DNA of 64,000 nucleotides from Balanoglossus misakiensis (GCA_040954595.2 CM082592.2:2731462-2795461), one strand, 5' to 3'; shown: positions 26,756 to 42,000, counted from the stretch's first letter. Notes: generated from the letters alone by a model not told the origin. A program made the numbers and translations.

Positions 26756-29700
26756 AATGGATTTGAAGGCATTTAAGCTTTCTTGTTAGCATCTCATTTG
26801 CATGAGATTTTCATTCCCAAAGCAGCACTTTTCATAATCATACACGCAGACCATCAAATGTTTGCATTTGACATTCGTAAAATCGTCGCAATTTTCAATC
26901 TTAATAGTTTGTGGGCCAGAATAGCCAGCTTGTGAATCATAAACCGCGCATAACATATTCCACTCCAGGCTACAGCATTAATTTTATGTCAGAGACCTTG
27001 GTAAGAAATATGAGATGTTGGACGCGTAATTTTATTAGGGTTTTTACTCAAAGGATGAAGTGGTCTCTCTATTAAGACTTGACTGGGAGAATTCTATCCC
27101 TCACAGCTAAAACACATCTTTCACTGTAATGAAACCATCCACACTGCTGGCAAGCTGTCCGTCTAAATTACTCCACACAACCCGATTTTGATGGATTTGT
27201 ATTTGTCTGATCGCCGTGACCTGATTGCAGCGCACAACTACCTCTAGGGTTCGGCCGAACAATCCAAATCAAATGTCCGTGCAGGGCCACTTTTATTTTT
27301 GTCGATCTCTCTCAGCCAATTTGACAACAAAGATATTTAGTCAAACAGTAGAATCTGAACGAAGGGGACATCGTGCAGGAATTATCTCACCCCTGATGGC
27401 AACAAGCAATCCCTCATTTCTGACATTGTGTAGTCAAGATGGCCTCACCAATCTGAAATGCCTTCACATTGTAAACTGCATTGTGCAAATGAAACATTGA
27501 AATTCACTCTGTGTGAACAACACCTACTTGGCAAGACGAACGTACCACAACGACAAAATATTGCACTATTTCACTTCACGTAAAAATTACTGGTCCATTG
27601 ACGTGAATATATCCATGTTCTCCACATTTTGAAATTGTTGCTATATTCTATTGTTTTTTAGTTAACCCCACTCTCTCGTCAGATTTTGAAGATACCATTT
27701 AACCAGCCAGGGATCATAGAACACCCCTCTTGATAACCCCCCCCCCCCCCAATAATGAATACTGCCCTCCCTTCATTTTAGATTACGATAGGAGTGATGT
27801 TGCTAGTGGAAAAATAAAAATTTTGATAGGTGAATTTTTAATACATTTTTTTATAAAAGTCATTGTCAATGACATAGTCCCCGCTGGACTAATGCATTCA
27901 GAAAATATTAGTCAGTCAAACCATGTCTGCACAATAGCTAAGAAAAATGTTTCTTACAAAACATTAACCTGGTTTTTCTGTGTACTGGCTGAGAACTGAC
28001 GGATGGACAGGGTCATATATCTATTAGTCCCTCACTCTTCGTAGCACATGCTTTTCTTGTACAAAATTCACTCGATGCTATGATGCTCGAGGAAAGGGTG
28101 TCGACGTCATAAGACCCTGGTAAACTCAGGCGGCAAAATTGAACTAAATGACCCTGGCTAAACCGTGGATGAAATGTCCTGGGATTAAGTCAATAAATGT
28201 GGTTGAATTCATATGTGTAATTCAACAACTTATATCTGCTCTCATTGGTGCCATATTTGGTATCAGACGATATTTCTGTGAGTCAAACACCCTCCACTGC
28301 TTAATGTTCAGTGTAACACATCCAGTAAGCTGATCCATCAACTTTAATACATTTCTATCTTATCACCAAGAACTAAAACATGACCTGCCATATCATCTTA
28401 ATACTTGAGACTCAAAACAGCTATAAAAACACAAAATGATCCATTTGGGGTCTGAAACTGCAGTCATTTAATAAAATCATAAATTGCACATAATTATAAA
28501 AGAGAATTAATGAAAGGGTTCGGTCAACTGTGACATATTTTACTTCAAGCAGACAATGGCCAAAATAATGAAGGAAATATAAATTTAAATAATTGATCAA
28601 TTTACTCACAAGCCAGAGACAGCCAGGCTACAGAGTGCATACAGTTGTACCACAGCATGTGTACAATAACAAGTTTGGAAAATACGAAACAATATCATTC
28701 CAAAATATATACAAACAACGAAATTCTTAAAACACTCTTCTTTCTACAAATACACCATCGCAATTTTGGGCAGTAAAAACCTCATAATTTGCGAACAACT
28801 AGCCAAGGATTTGATATCAGCGAAAATCAAAATGATTTCGATTTTTGAACTTCAATTATCAAAATGGAACACCGGAGAAAATGCTGTGGAATAAAATGAA
28901 ATATTTCAGATGGCCGACGAAATGTAAAAATACCATTTCTATGAAAGCGTTTAATTCAGAAAATGGTTGTGAAAAGTAGCGGTGGGTTGGTGAAAATTGA
29001 AGAAACTGGGGGTATTGTTTGGTTTATAATGAAAACCATACGTGAGAGACAGCTTTAGATCTGATTGGAGATTGACTATTATTGACACTAACATCATATG
29101 CAGATGAGTCTGAATACAACCACACCAGTTTTACAAAGAATTTCTCTCCTTTCTATCATCAACAAAAGAGACCATAGCTAGAAGACATTTTTAGAAAGGA
29201 ATACAAATCAAGCATACTTAATGGAGGAAGGGAGATGACGAATATGCTGATATGACAATCAAATCTAATTTCATAGCCATTAATTACCATGGCAATTAGG
29301 CAGCTAATATTGTCTTAGCAATTGCTGCAGTGCTGATTGGTGGATCTATGCAAATAAGAAACCTGACGTAGCCAAGGTAATGCTTTGTTTAAAACAATGA
29401 ACGTCACTCGTCAGACTTTCTAGTTACAAAATAAATTGCATCATTCTTTGATTAAATAACAGATACGCCATTTTGTAAAAGTGTTCGATATAAATAACAA
29501 ATTTGGGTAAAATATGTAATACAGCATCAAAATGATTGACTTGTGTTTATCACATCATATCCACGTACCCTGCATAACTCTTTATAATCACAAGATGTCC
29601 AACTCTCATCAAATACTAATCTGCAAAATTCTAAATAATTATTCGTGCAATTTTAACAATCTTTGGAAATTTGAGTTTACTTTTCCCAGCAATGCTTCTT

Positions 29701-30628
29701 TTCTATTTGATAAACCATCCACGCAAACTAAAGGTGATTTGGAATTACCAAATAAAACCACTCATTATCATCTTCAATCTTTCATAGATTATGTGCAGCC
29801 GTACGACTTTATCAAGATAGGTAGATTTCTTGAAATCCCATTGATGTTCTAAGTTTAGTCACACTCTCAATTGTACTAAAGAAACAGATCTACCTAAGAT
29901 GATCTCAATTTAGTCATTACACTCTATAATGTGTGTATATGTATGCATCCTGTTGTCAGTGTTTCCATAGAAACAAGAACCTTCATGCATTCTCATTCGC
30001 AACTTCAAATTGGTTTTGACCTCAATTGACCCTGATTACAGCCATCAGAATACCTTTCACAACAAATTCAAATGTGTATTCAAATTAGCTGGCACTTTTC
30101 TGACACTCACTGTATTTTAGGTGATTGCGTGTTTTATTTGAAGAAAAAAGTGCTGTAAGAATGACATTATAAGAAAAGTTATCAGGAAGAGTTGAATGAA
30201 TATTCGTTTTTCTTATAAATTACTTGGGTGACAGTATAATGCCGCAGTAGTTTCTGTTAAAAGTTCTACAAATTGCTGTGCACTTCTAATCATGACTCTC
30301 TCAGCCTTACAATAAGAACCCTTCACGTTGGCCAGCAAAAGCACGCTCAACACAGCAATGCCATTTCTGTATCATATTTTAATCAAGAATTGACAAATTG
30401 TCATGCACTGCCTGAAATGGATTGGATACACATTAATTGATGTCCCCAAAACTAAATTTCTCAACCTAACACAAGATTCAAGGAGATGGCAGTAATGTTT
30501 GTCATTCTTCAAAAAACAGATCGGATTTACTAGTAATCTTCAAACACAAAAAATGCAATCCTACGATGGCATGTCTTACAGAGAAATATTCACCCATCAA
30601 AATCAATCCTTAGATTTCCCAGCCTTAA

Positions 30629-30715
30629 CCCTTGCAATTTGACAATTTGGTTTAAACCCATTGCTTTTTGATACGATGGATGGCTCCATAATGCAGGCGA
30701 ATAGGGGTGAAAGGG
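30629..30715. mobile_element. About 87-bp piggyBac-like MITE
   Basis: TTAA|CCCTT...GGGGTGAAAGGG|TTAA; homologous to the copy at 11441-11526 in opposite orientation. Confidence 0.7.
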
Positions 30716-33700
30716 TTAAGAAAAGGAAATTACTGTTAAAGAGACCGAATCCTAGCAACTGACATCCATCACACTCTACATGCATCTACGCGATCTCTTT
30801 TGATGACAGTGTGGCTCTATGCAAACCCCATTCTCATTCATGTTCACTAACATTCGTCTTTACAAAATTTGCATCACTCATTCCGAGGCTGTACGTCTTG
30901 AACACAGCTGTCACGTTTGTACGAGGAAATAAGTTCTCTTGTATAATACCTGCCATTAACTACTTCAGTGCCAACTCTATGATAACTTTCACATTTGGCA
31001 TCGCGATTTGATGATCACTGAAATACATTCTGAACATTTGTGATAACGCATACGCTCAGTGTCAATGATTATATTTCTGGTATCAAATGACGCATTTGTG
31101 AGTTTATGACAACTCTTCAACAAGGTTAAGACATTTATTTCTTATAAACAATTATTAACATACTATATTATTAGTCTATGCATTTTGTGAACTTCACCAA
31201 GACATGGGAGCCACAGATAGATGGTTCCAGGAATCTGTTGTAAAATGGACTTGATCACTATCTTAATATGGCCGCTCTGATACCCCAATGGAACCTGCGT
31301 ATTATTTACTGGCCCACCACCACCAGTTATGCACATGAATCAACAACTACCTGATCAGAAATTCCTCAGGAGAGAACCCAGTACCGGCTGAAACTACACC
31401 ACCTGTCATAATTACACCCAAACGAGTTTTGGACTCACAACAACTTTACAAGGTACTGAAAGGTGGGCCACTGTCAGATCTCAGATGTAATCACACTTTT
31501 TGTTCAGGAAGTGAATGGATGTATTGGAATTGTGCATCTGCTACCAGAGAGATGACCCCGGCTAAGTGAAGGGGGTCATTGTAGACAGCAGCTATCTGAT
31601 GGTAGATGACTCAAGCTACTCTAACATCAGATTCTGATCAACACTCGGCTCATTCACTCGCCCGACAGTGATTGCACGCACGCATTGCACAAGTCAAGAA
31701 ATGCAACAATAAGAACGAGGAAATTACTCAAACTATTGATTTTCAAGATAACATCACACTTGGATTTTAATGTTAAATTTGCATCGCCCACTGATTGGCT
31801 GCACTTTAAAACAGTGGATTATAATGGTCTAGCACATCATGGATCCATTCGTAGGTTATCTTAATAGAACAGTCTGGTGATATTGGAGGCAAAGCGTCTG
31901 CTAGTACCATCTGATTGATATTTTCAATCAATCGTTTGAAAAAGAATTAATCATGCAATGGATTAATAAAACTATATGCCAAAGAGCACCAAATGACAAA
32001 TTCATTTTCACATTATCAAAGATTTCAGAAAAATCTCAGAAGATAGAAATCAAGGTGGGTTTTTTTCAGTACAAAAGTTGTTAATTTTCATTATTTCATA
32101 GAGCTTAAACTTTGTACACAATACAGAGTTTGCCTACGCCAGACTCCAAATGCATTTATTCATGGATTGCAGTTGACACTGCACACCGTTCAAGCTAAAC
32201 TTTGCCACTTGTTGACAAGACATATTACATAATTTGCCTCTGGAGGGCCATTATCAGCAAGTGTGCAGCATAGGTGTTAGACAAGGATGTTAACATGCCA
32301 TAATCAAGGGTTTCATCTGTACTTAACATTTGAAGATCAATCTGATGCTAAAAATAATTGACTCACGTGTGGCGCTATATATACACACTTATACAGTTTG
32401 AATTTACAAATATCACACAAAAATGAAAACGCCTTTCATCTTTATTATTTGATTGGAAGGGGGAGTCGAATGTACGAATAAACCAGTCAAGTGAATGGAT
32501 GTGCTTACATTTATCAACTGTAACTGTTTAGTTAACAGAGAAAAAATTATTTTAATAGAAAACTGGAAATGCCTATAAACCTGATTCCCCCTACATTTGA
32601 TTATCGCACAGGTATGGCATCATGTGAGCCTTAGCAACACACTATTTATTGCTTTAAGGTACGTCACTGTATGCCCATATTCATCATCCATTCATTGAAG
32701 AGAGCTGCGGACAAACATTAGAGAAGGAGATCTTTTCACGGGCTTTCATTGACGGAGCTCTGAATACATGCAAGTGTTTACAGCTTACCCGCCATGTTTT
32801 TCTATTGATCACAAGGGCATTCATATGCATGCAAACAACCCAAGTGTGAGAAGAAGAAAGTCTAAGCATGCAGGTAAAACGGTGACTGCAGGCAAAAGGG
32901 CATGGACCCCAACAAAGCCTGCATGGCAGAAGATGTTGGATTTTCTCCCCTCCATATTCTCATCGGGCCAAAATCTCCACTGAATCTACGCAATATAACA
33001 CTATCGGTTGACAGTTTGAAACCCCCAGTCAGACAAAAGCTATTAGGATGTCACCTTGAGATTTGGACTGGGTGTGGTGTCTAGCCCTTGTCTTTCTGTG
33101 GGAGTCTAATACACCAAGTGTACCAGTACATCCAACTGTGTATGTAGAACCTATAGAGTACCTAAACTGTGGCTGGAACCATAGGTATTTTAATTGGCAC
33201 CAGCCCAAAACCGGTCTGCAACTATTTTCTCACGATAAATCCAATATTAACAAAGACTGGCCCCTTTTGTCCATCAATTCACGAGTTAGCAGACAGGTTA
33301 CAACAAGAATACAGTCTTTATGTCATTTATGCGGGGAAAAACAAAAGAGGCCAGTTTTAATTAGATCACTGGAGAATTGCTTTTAGAGCCCGGGCAACTT
33401 GACACAGCAGATACCAGTCAAGCACAAGTAGGGTTGTCCTGGTGAGGGGTCAACACTGCCAACCAAATACAAACATCAGATGATGTCTCGCAAACTGTCA
33501 AAGAGAAATGCGCTCAGAGATTCCAAAAACAATCAAATTGTGGCATGTTCAATTCAGCAGTATGTACAATTAAAATTTGCTGATGTAAGAATTCTGAACG
33601 TGATTTAGCGGTATTTATTTATTTATTTATTAGCTGTATTCACAGTTGCGCTTAGAAAATATACACCGCAGAGGTGATATTCATGCACCACATTCTCATC

Positions 33701-34094
33701 AACTGGGAAAAGATGAACATTCTGTTTGCAAATCTGCAACAGTTCATTGAGAGATGTATTTTTCTGTCAAAACAATTGATCCTGAATTTGTTTTCAAAGT
33801 AAGTTTCTTATATAACTTTTGTCTTTAGTAAACTTTGACATAACATTATTCAGTGAAATTCATTACTATAATGGCAAAATTACGCTGGGAAAAAAATTAA
33901 GTTTGTCGTGTTGCCTTTGGTTGTTATATATTGAAGTAAGTTACCACTTTCTACTTGAAGAGAAGGATCAGAAATTCTTGCTTTGGGAATTTATTTATAG
34001 TATGACAAATATTTTTCATATTTGAACACAGTTTTGATACCTAACAGATGTGAAGCAGTTGTTAACTTTTTGCAGTGGACGTACATTGTATGGA

Positions 34095-34141
34095 TACATG
34101 TACATGTACATGTACAAATATACGGACAAACTTGCATAGAT

Positions 34142-34173
<32 letters not shown>

Positions 34174-34186
34174 TACATGTACATGT
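34095..34186. repeat. (CA)n with flanking (TACATG)n
   Basis: Directly visible. Confidence 0.9.
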
Positions 34187-35879
34187 GATAGTTACTGACT
34201 GATCCCATAAAGCTCTCATTCTGGTATCTATACATATACCAAACAGGAGCTAAAAATAGAAATAGGTAACTTTATTGAACGGTGTCAATTCAGTTTCATT
34301 AGCAATCAAGTATTTTATTTATTCAAGTAGATCTCACTATTACTGACTGCAATTTTCCAATGTCAAATTATCAAACAATTTAATTTGATCAGAAACAGCC
34401 CTTTTAGCAGAGCGAATTCCAAACAAACGGAAGCATGAAGGGAATTAAGTCAAGGCTACATGAATTCATCAACAGTAAACCCAATATTACCTTGACAACA
34501 TAGAATTTAATTGTGCAAAAGTTCATCGGCATAATGTTGAAATTAAAAACATCTAATATGGCAATTGATTAGATTGCAACTTAATCAACTTCGCTCCCCT
34601 TTTATTTTGACCAATGAAATATGTTTTCATTATGACCAAAACAACACAAAAGAACCATTTTGGTATTTTCATAAACTAAACAATTACTAATTATTGACCA
34701 ATTAAGTTAGAAGCTCCAAATTTAAAATTTAACAATGTATATTCACATATTCATGATGTTTTTTAGTTTTATTCAGCATGTTCCTATCAGTTCTTCTCTG
34801 GGCTTCTCTGTGATACAACTACATGTTATACGTTCTGACTGATGATATCGTTTAACATTACACAGAAATACAAGTGACATAAAACCATTCTACCAGATCA
34901 GGTATTATTTTGAGATATTTTCCACCATAAAAATACCAACAATGATTCTTTAACTAAATTCTCTTCCCAACACAATCTACAGTCAAATCTTCAATTTTGT
35001 TACTGGTTGAGCCTATTTCCATGACACTTTTGGTGATTTTCCCATCATTCCTCGGTCTAAAATTAGTTTGGTTATTCCACAACTGATTGAAGAGGATTCG
35101 CTCCGACTTGTTACAATTTTATGGCCTGTTTAAATTGTCTAGGTGTTCAGCTCTATTTGAAGTAGCTGTCATTGACCACTGGGTTTTGAATGACACTTGA
35201 CCTCATTGTGGAAAAAAAACAGCATGCCATGCCAACACATGAGTATCGCAGCCACACAGAGGCTAGCTGACACGATGCCAAACCACATTAATTTTAATAC
35301 TCTACAAAACACTCAACATACTCTGTTTCAGTGGCATAAATCTGAATAATGTTTTCAATTCTCAAGTATTACCTATACTTTTGCTATTTCTAGTCGACTC
35401 TAGTGGACTGTACAATGGATTCAATTCTTTGCAGTAAATTTGTTGCAATGAATTTAATATGCAAATTTGCAGTCTATATCTTTGATTGAAAATTACAGTG
35501 TAATATCATTTCAAATATGACAAAATTTTTCAGAGCAGAATAACAATAAGTTCTCTTTTCTGTTCAAATTGATAAACTGTTGGAAGACAGATTAACTTGC
35601 TGTCACTGAGCTTGACAATATCATGTACATGGATCCGTTATGACAAGTACACATTTGTACAGATGAGTAAACAAGCACTCAATGCAGAGGCAAGCTGCAA
35701 TTGGATTTTGATTGCTGTCATAAATGGAATTCAGTTGCAGTCCAATGGCATCATTTCATAATTGCATTTTTTAAGCCATTCCTGTGGTCAGTGTGTCTTT
35801 CCTGATTAGTTCCCATGGATACGTGGGAGTTTACACAATGGGCTTATTGATTAGGCTCACAAAAACCACAGGGAAGGAG

Positions 35880-36070
35880 GGGAAGGGAGAGGAGGGGGGA
35901 TATCTGTATTAGGCTCCGCCCATCTGTCCATCCCCACCATGCGTTTCTCTGTCCCCAATTCAAACGCCCGACTGATTTTATTCAAACTTAGCACACAAGG
36001 ACAATGACCTATGATATACATCGGCATTAAATATGGCCACCAGGCAGCCATTTTGTCAAGATTTTTATTC
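35880..36070. repeat. Probable interspersed repeat fragment
   Basis: G-run followed by a ccgcccatctgtccatcc tract and ATGGCCACCAGGCAGCCATTTT; a related opposite-strand end (gacggatggacagg...attagtccc) lies near 27998-28031. Family not identified. Confidence 0.35.
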
Positions 36071-39000
36071 ACATGCCAGAACACATCTTTTCCTCCAGAA
36101 GAATTTACTGTGCCATATTATATGTACATTGGTTTGCATGGTAATTAATGCCGTTCTATGTGGGTGCCTAGCAAACTTTCATGTTTTTGACAAATTTCTT
36201 CAAACATGATTTCTCTGATGTAACATAGTATCATAGTTTATTCTGATATAATATTCTACATGTAAATCTCTTAGTAAAGCGCTGACTCAGACATTAACAA
36301 TATCTTGCTCCATCTGCAAACACTGACAGGTTACTCACACATTTTCTCGGCCTGCACAACCCTGGAATTAGAGATCGACTTTTGCAAACTATATCAAATT
36401 TCTTATCTACAAATGATGTAAACTTGCCCTGAATTAGACTAAATGTATATCTAATTAAAAATCTTTCATTTTGCCCACTCACAGATGAAATCAGATTATC
36501 TTCTGTAATGTTTTACTCATATAGTGACTGATATTAGTTTATTCTGACAATTATACAGATGAATAAATCAAGAAAATAAATCACAAAAGTATCTCCAAAG
36601 GCAAACTAGTGAAAATTCAAGTGAGTTGATATAGTTATGTCAAAAAATCAAGCAATTTACTTTTCATAAATAAATATAATCAGCACTACAACAGTTCATT
36701 TTCATTTTATCAAATTATCAAACACTTTATCAATTACCATTGAGATTGTCAATTAATAAAATTGGCATGCAGGAAATTTGATGCCTTTGATAGAAATACC
36801 GACTACTTCTTACATGAAAAGTTCCTAAATTGCACAAACAAGATAAGATTTCACACACAACTACATTTAGCATCAAGCAATCATTATGGCTAAAATTCAT
36901 ATCATTTTGATTTATTTTCCCTTTCATGGTAAATTTATGAAAGAATTTCGTGACAACTTCCCTTCCATCCAAGATTGATGCAATTATTTTCATGTTAACA
37001 GCTTTTGAATGCTAAATCATGAAACGGCCGACAAGCGCACCTTGGCCATTCATGCATATCAGCAGAGAAAGCCAGGTACAATGGTCAGCTGTCAAGTTCT
37101 GGATTCCACTGCTAGACTCTCAAAACTGCTCTCATGTTTTTATTCCACTGTGGGTGTGTCCAGTTCTCTTTTGACTACACCAACAATTGGAGCACGTCAA
37201 CGCTTCCATTCTCTGCTGCACTCTTTTCTTCCCGGTCTTTTCTCATCATATACAACTCATTTCGCTTTTCAAATTTGTTGGCAGTGTTGTCTGGGCACGC
37301 AAAATTCACACGGAAAATAATGGGGAGAAATCACACAGGCTTCAAAATTAAACAAACTTTGACACTTGGGGAATTTAGCCACAATGCAAAGTGGCCAGAC
37401 CATTTTCTGTATTAAATACAAGGTTTTGTGAGCAAGAGAAGTCTGCCATGGAACTGTTCACTGTTCAGCGTCTGCAGAAAGACAACTTACATGCCGACAA
37501 CGCATTACAACTTGCAATGTGTAACAAAGTAAAAAGTAGCATAATTGACTGTTAGGTCACTTATTTCCCAGTGTCTTATTTCACTAATTAGACACAAAAC
37601 TAATTAGTTGTGGGTCTGTTTTTTTTATTCGATGACCTCCAAACCCCTCACATGCTGCCTGTCAAGACATCCTGCAAATTAGCAGAAGTATGTCTAGTTT
37701 TGTCTGGAAACCAGACAGTTCCTTCAAGCACTCTCTGTGAAATGGGGTGAGTTTCTGAGTTAGCAGACAGTCTGTCTGCGTGCTCTTGTACGCACCGCAC
37801 CGCAGCTCAGCTCCATTTTAGGTTGTGTTCAGTTATTGCAGACAGCACACTCCCTCACTCTAATTTCTGTGGATCTGATCAATGATGTGTTTTTAAGCTC
37901 AGTTTCCATCTTCTATATGAATTATCGTCCCTTCTTGTCTGCTCCGTAAGGTCAATGGCCAAATTAAAATACTTGAGGAGAAAGGGAATTTTCAGAATAA
38001 GTTATTGCAAAGAATTCCAGAGCACAAAATGACCGCTATTAAACTTGTGTGTGGTATATATGTGTGTGTTACAAGCCTTTTTCTTTCAGCTCTTCGCAAA
38101 CTCATGCATAATACACAAGTTACAAGATAAAATCTAAATGTCTAACAAATGTAATTCTAATGAGGATAAATCTCATAGACAGGAGGTCGACATCTGTGAC
38201 GGCAGGTCATGCTGACATGAAAGATTCTATTGGTTTTGATTTGGGTTTGCTCAAACAGTGGTTTGCACACAGCAGAGGTTGCTATGATTTTTGTGTCGGG
38301 TTTTGTGTGTGGGGGGAGGGGGGGGTTGGTTTGGCTGGCTCTATGAACAAGTCAGACCTCTTTTGTTATCTAGATTGTTAATATGGTAATTTTCAACACA
38401 AAAAAAGCAAGGACACGCCGTTGTAAGACCTTGATGAATGTGATGTAAATATCCCCCGGGGTTCATGCTAAAAATGCTATAGTTAAAGAAATCCTGTGAC
38501 ACTGCCTTGAACAAACCATGCAGCAAAATAATGAACGCGCACGATCTATGTAATATAATAGAAGACAGGAACGTTCATTGCTAAAGCCCAACCACTCTGA
38601 AATGTCTACAAATCAGAGTTTGCCTATTTCACAATTGCCTTGAGCACTTGTTATAGTTATATCTCACATGTGCCATTCAGGATGCACGCCAATATTGCGG
38701 ATTCAATCCATTTTGTGAGCAGTTGTTCTCTGTGCTTGAGGAAACGGGCGAGATTTAGCCTAGCCCAAAACTAGAAAGGTACTTTGTGCGGTGCCAGTGT
38801 CTCACACAACAGTTAAGATCCCCCCCCCCCCAAAATAGATGCTTCGGTATTTAAACGCAGGTACTTAGCGCAGTACAACCAAGTCGTTCTTTAACTCATT
38901 TCACAGTCATCACCTGCAGATGTAAACCCACTTTTCAGAGGCAGATTGTAGATGGAAATTCCACCTAGGCTAAAGTAACCTAATATCACCTTTGTTAAAT

Positions 39001-42000
39001 ATCCCTGGAAAGTCCAGTAAGTAAGTTATGGGGGAAGTCAGTGATAGCTCTTCAATGCACTTTCCTCTGTTTAGATCTGCATCATTTGATACACAGCACA
39101 GGACGTTCAAGATTCGAACTCTACTGCACTTGATAAATATACTTCCATCGTCTACATGTTTTGCCCTCAAACACAATTATAGTTCTTGCGTTGTGATGTT
39201 CATCAAAAGAAAGGTGGAATGCGATTCAGAAACACAGAAAAAATCTTCACACAGCTTGTCTTGTTGAAGCAAATAACAGATACGAGAGTTGACAAAATGA
39301 ATGTTGTACTAACTGCCATGATCCAGCCAGGTCACTTTGATATGCATTATGTGAAAAATATATAATCTTCACAACTGCAGAGAGGAATTATCAACTATGA
39401 ATTTGAAGCTGAAAACCTAAACCAGATTGCAATCAATAATCAATTACATCTTCATTTAATCAAAATCTAATTAGAATTAATTTTCAGAAAAGAAACTCAG
39501 GAGGTTTTTTTTCAGGCTTAGCTGTAATTAGAATGAAGTTTGCGGCAATATTGCGCCGGTCACTCCTGCAGAGACTGGAGGTGAATTCAATTAAAACTCG
39601 AATGAAAAGAACAAACTGAACTGAAAATGGTGAAAAGACAAGGACACGGTTTCCAGCAGTGTCTCTGGCAAATCCTTGAAAAAAACAGACAAAAGCCCCA
39701 GAAATGAAGCTTTTGTTACAGAATTGAGCGATGTACGACAGCACCCTGTCATATGAGACATTTTGACGAACTTGGATCTCAGATCTTATTGTATTGCAAA
39801 TGAATACCTGGTTTGTTTGGTTGTGTTGCAATTGACAAGAACCTCAACAACACAAATAGCTAAAACCAGCCCAGAAACTACATATGCATTTTCAGCCTAT
39901 ATGCCTATACAGTAACCAGAGCTGGAATACACACACACACATTGACTCTAGGAATGATGGGATACCCAATGGGCTCTACCTTCAATCTCAGCCTGATTAT
40001 GATGTTATTACAAACTAAATATTAAAGTGAGGTAGATAGTTGCTTCTATTGCTCGTCTTCACACCATGAACGTTAAAATTGGAAATGAATGGGAAGAAAC
40101 AGCAGTTAATGAAATCCTATTAGCACGGGCGTATAACACCCAGCTGTGGTTTATCTCGGACAACACAGGTATAGTGTACATCATGTCACTCACTCGCGTC
40201 ATAATTGAATTGAATATTGTTGGCTAATTTGAAATTAAACCTTCCAATCTAGAAATGTACAGTAAATGCACACCGGGCAAATGAAGCACATTGAGACATG
40301 TGGGTTGTCATTAGACAATCCTCCACAAACCAAGAACTGTTAAGAGTCTTTACATGCAAGATCTCATTGCTAAAATTTTCACAAAATCGTTGGCGTAAAT
40401 TAGCCAGTTTTTGTGGTAAAACTTGAAATATTTACTGGCATGTAAAATTTGCTTCGTAGACACAATTTCTGCATGTGTCAAGTTTCACTCATCTCTGTAC
40501 AGTTGTAGGAATTCAACATTTATGGGAGGTGCCACAAATGATTTGATTGACACATATAAATGTTACATTATCATTGTACATGTATAAACCACCAGGGCAC
40601 CATTATCTATGCCTTAATCACAGATTTCAAAAATGAATAACAATTCAACAAAAAATTGAGTTTTTGATTATTTCACGAATCTTCTACTAAAAATGCTCAA
40701 AGTAAGACTCCTTTGGGTTACTATGGTAACGTTCCCTCTGATCATGTGGTAAACTTAATCTGCATATGGTCAATAAAAGTTCATTACACCAATTGTCCCT
40801 GACCTTGGGGGAGAAATAGGATTACGCCTTACTAAAGGTCATAAGAGTCACTATGTACAATGAAGAATGTTGCCTCATTCTGGTGGTCGTTATGGCAACC
40901 AAACCAACCTCCTTTGTCCTCCATTTGTGGATGTGAAATTAATCAAACTAATACAATTAAGATTGGAACATTATTGAATTATCTTGAACACACTGCATTA
41001 ATGAGTGGAAACTATTAGAATTGAGTTGAATTCAAAGAGTTGACATGAAAATGAAGATTTACAGAGGGAGAATACCGCTAGAATGGATCATCAATTGAAA
41101 TCAAACATCCATAGACACATGTACAGCAGAGGAGAATATTTGCAAACACTACAAAACACCATCAGTAATATATTAACAAGAAAGACAACTTTGTTGTGCT
41201 TCAAATTGCGAGTCAGTGATGCTCTCTTACTTCTTAAAGTAAAAATGCCAACTTTGTCAATTTTTTTTCGCATGATGCCTGAAAACTAGATGCCATCACA
41301 CCCAATTGTATAGCACCAATGTAAAGAAAATTCTAAACCAACAGTTTCCAAAATTTACATTCGTTAGCAGACACATACTGTGAATCTTTGGGCCTAACCG
41401 GTAAATTCAGATATTTGTGTGGTCTGTGTGTATGGGGAAATATCAAAACGCTACTGTTTCCACCTGGATTGTGTGGGGAAATGAAAATTGTCACATGGGC
41501 CGCGTGAATGTGGCACGTCTAAATGCTGGTCCAAATTGTGCGGTCACTTTGATCGAGTGTTTGCTGATGTAGTAGCTATGACTCATCCCCTGTAAGTAGT
41601 TCTGTGTGACCTATATGCTGCAATCTGACTGACAGTCCAGTCGCCTTCTTCTCACAGCCCTTCTAGAAAAAAACAGTTATAGGGAACTACCCGCTTGGGG
41701 GAGGAATTAACCATTGTGCTCATGCATTAGCGGACATCAAATGAATGGCCCTATTCAGTGTGCATCTACCCTTTATCCTTCACTAGGACAAGTCATTGAC
41801 CACATGGACTTTTACGAATATGCATGCACTGCAAAAGGGCATGCATGCAAGACCTAGCCTGTATGCAAACAACTGAACCGCCTCATTTGGTGTCTGCCAA
41901 CAGACAGGCCATTTGCGTGACAAATAATTAAGCAAACAGAAAGCCCAGCTGAAAAACAACTGAAAATACAGGTGTTTTGAATTCTCAGGGCTTAACGCAA

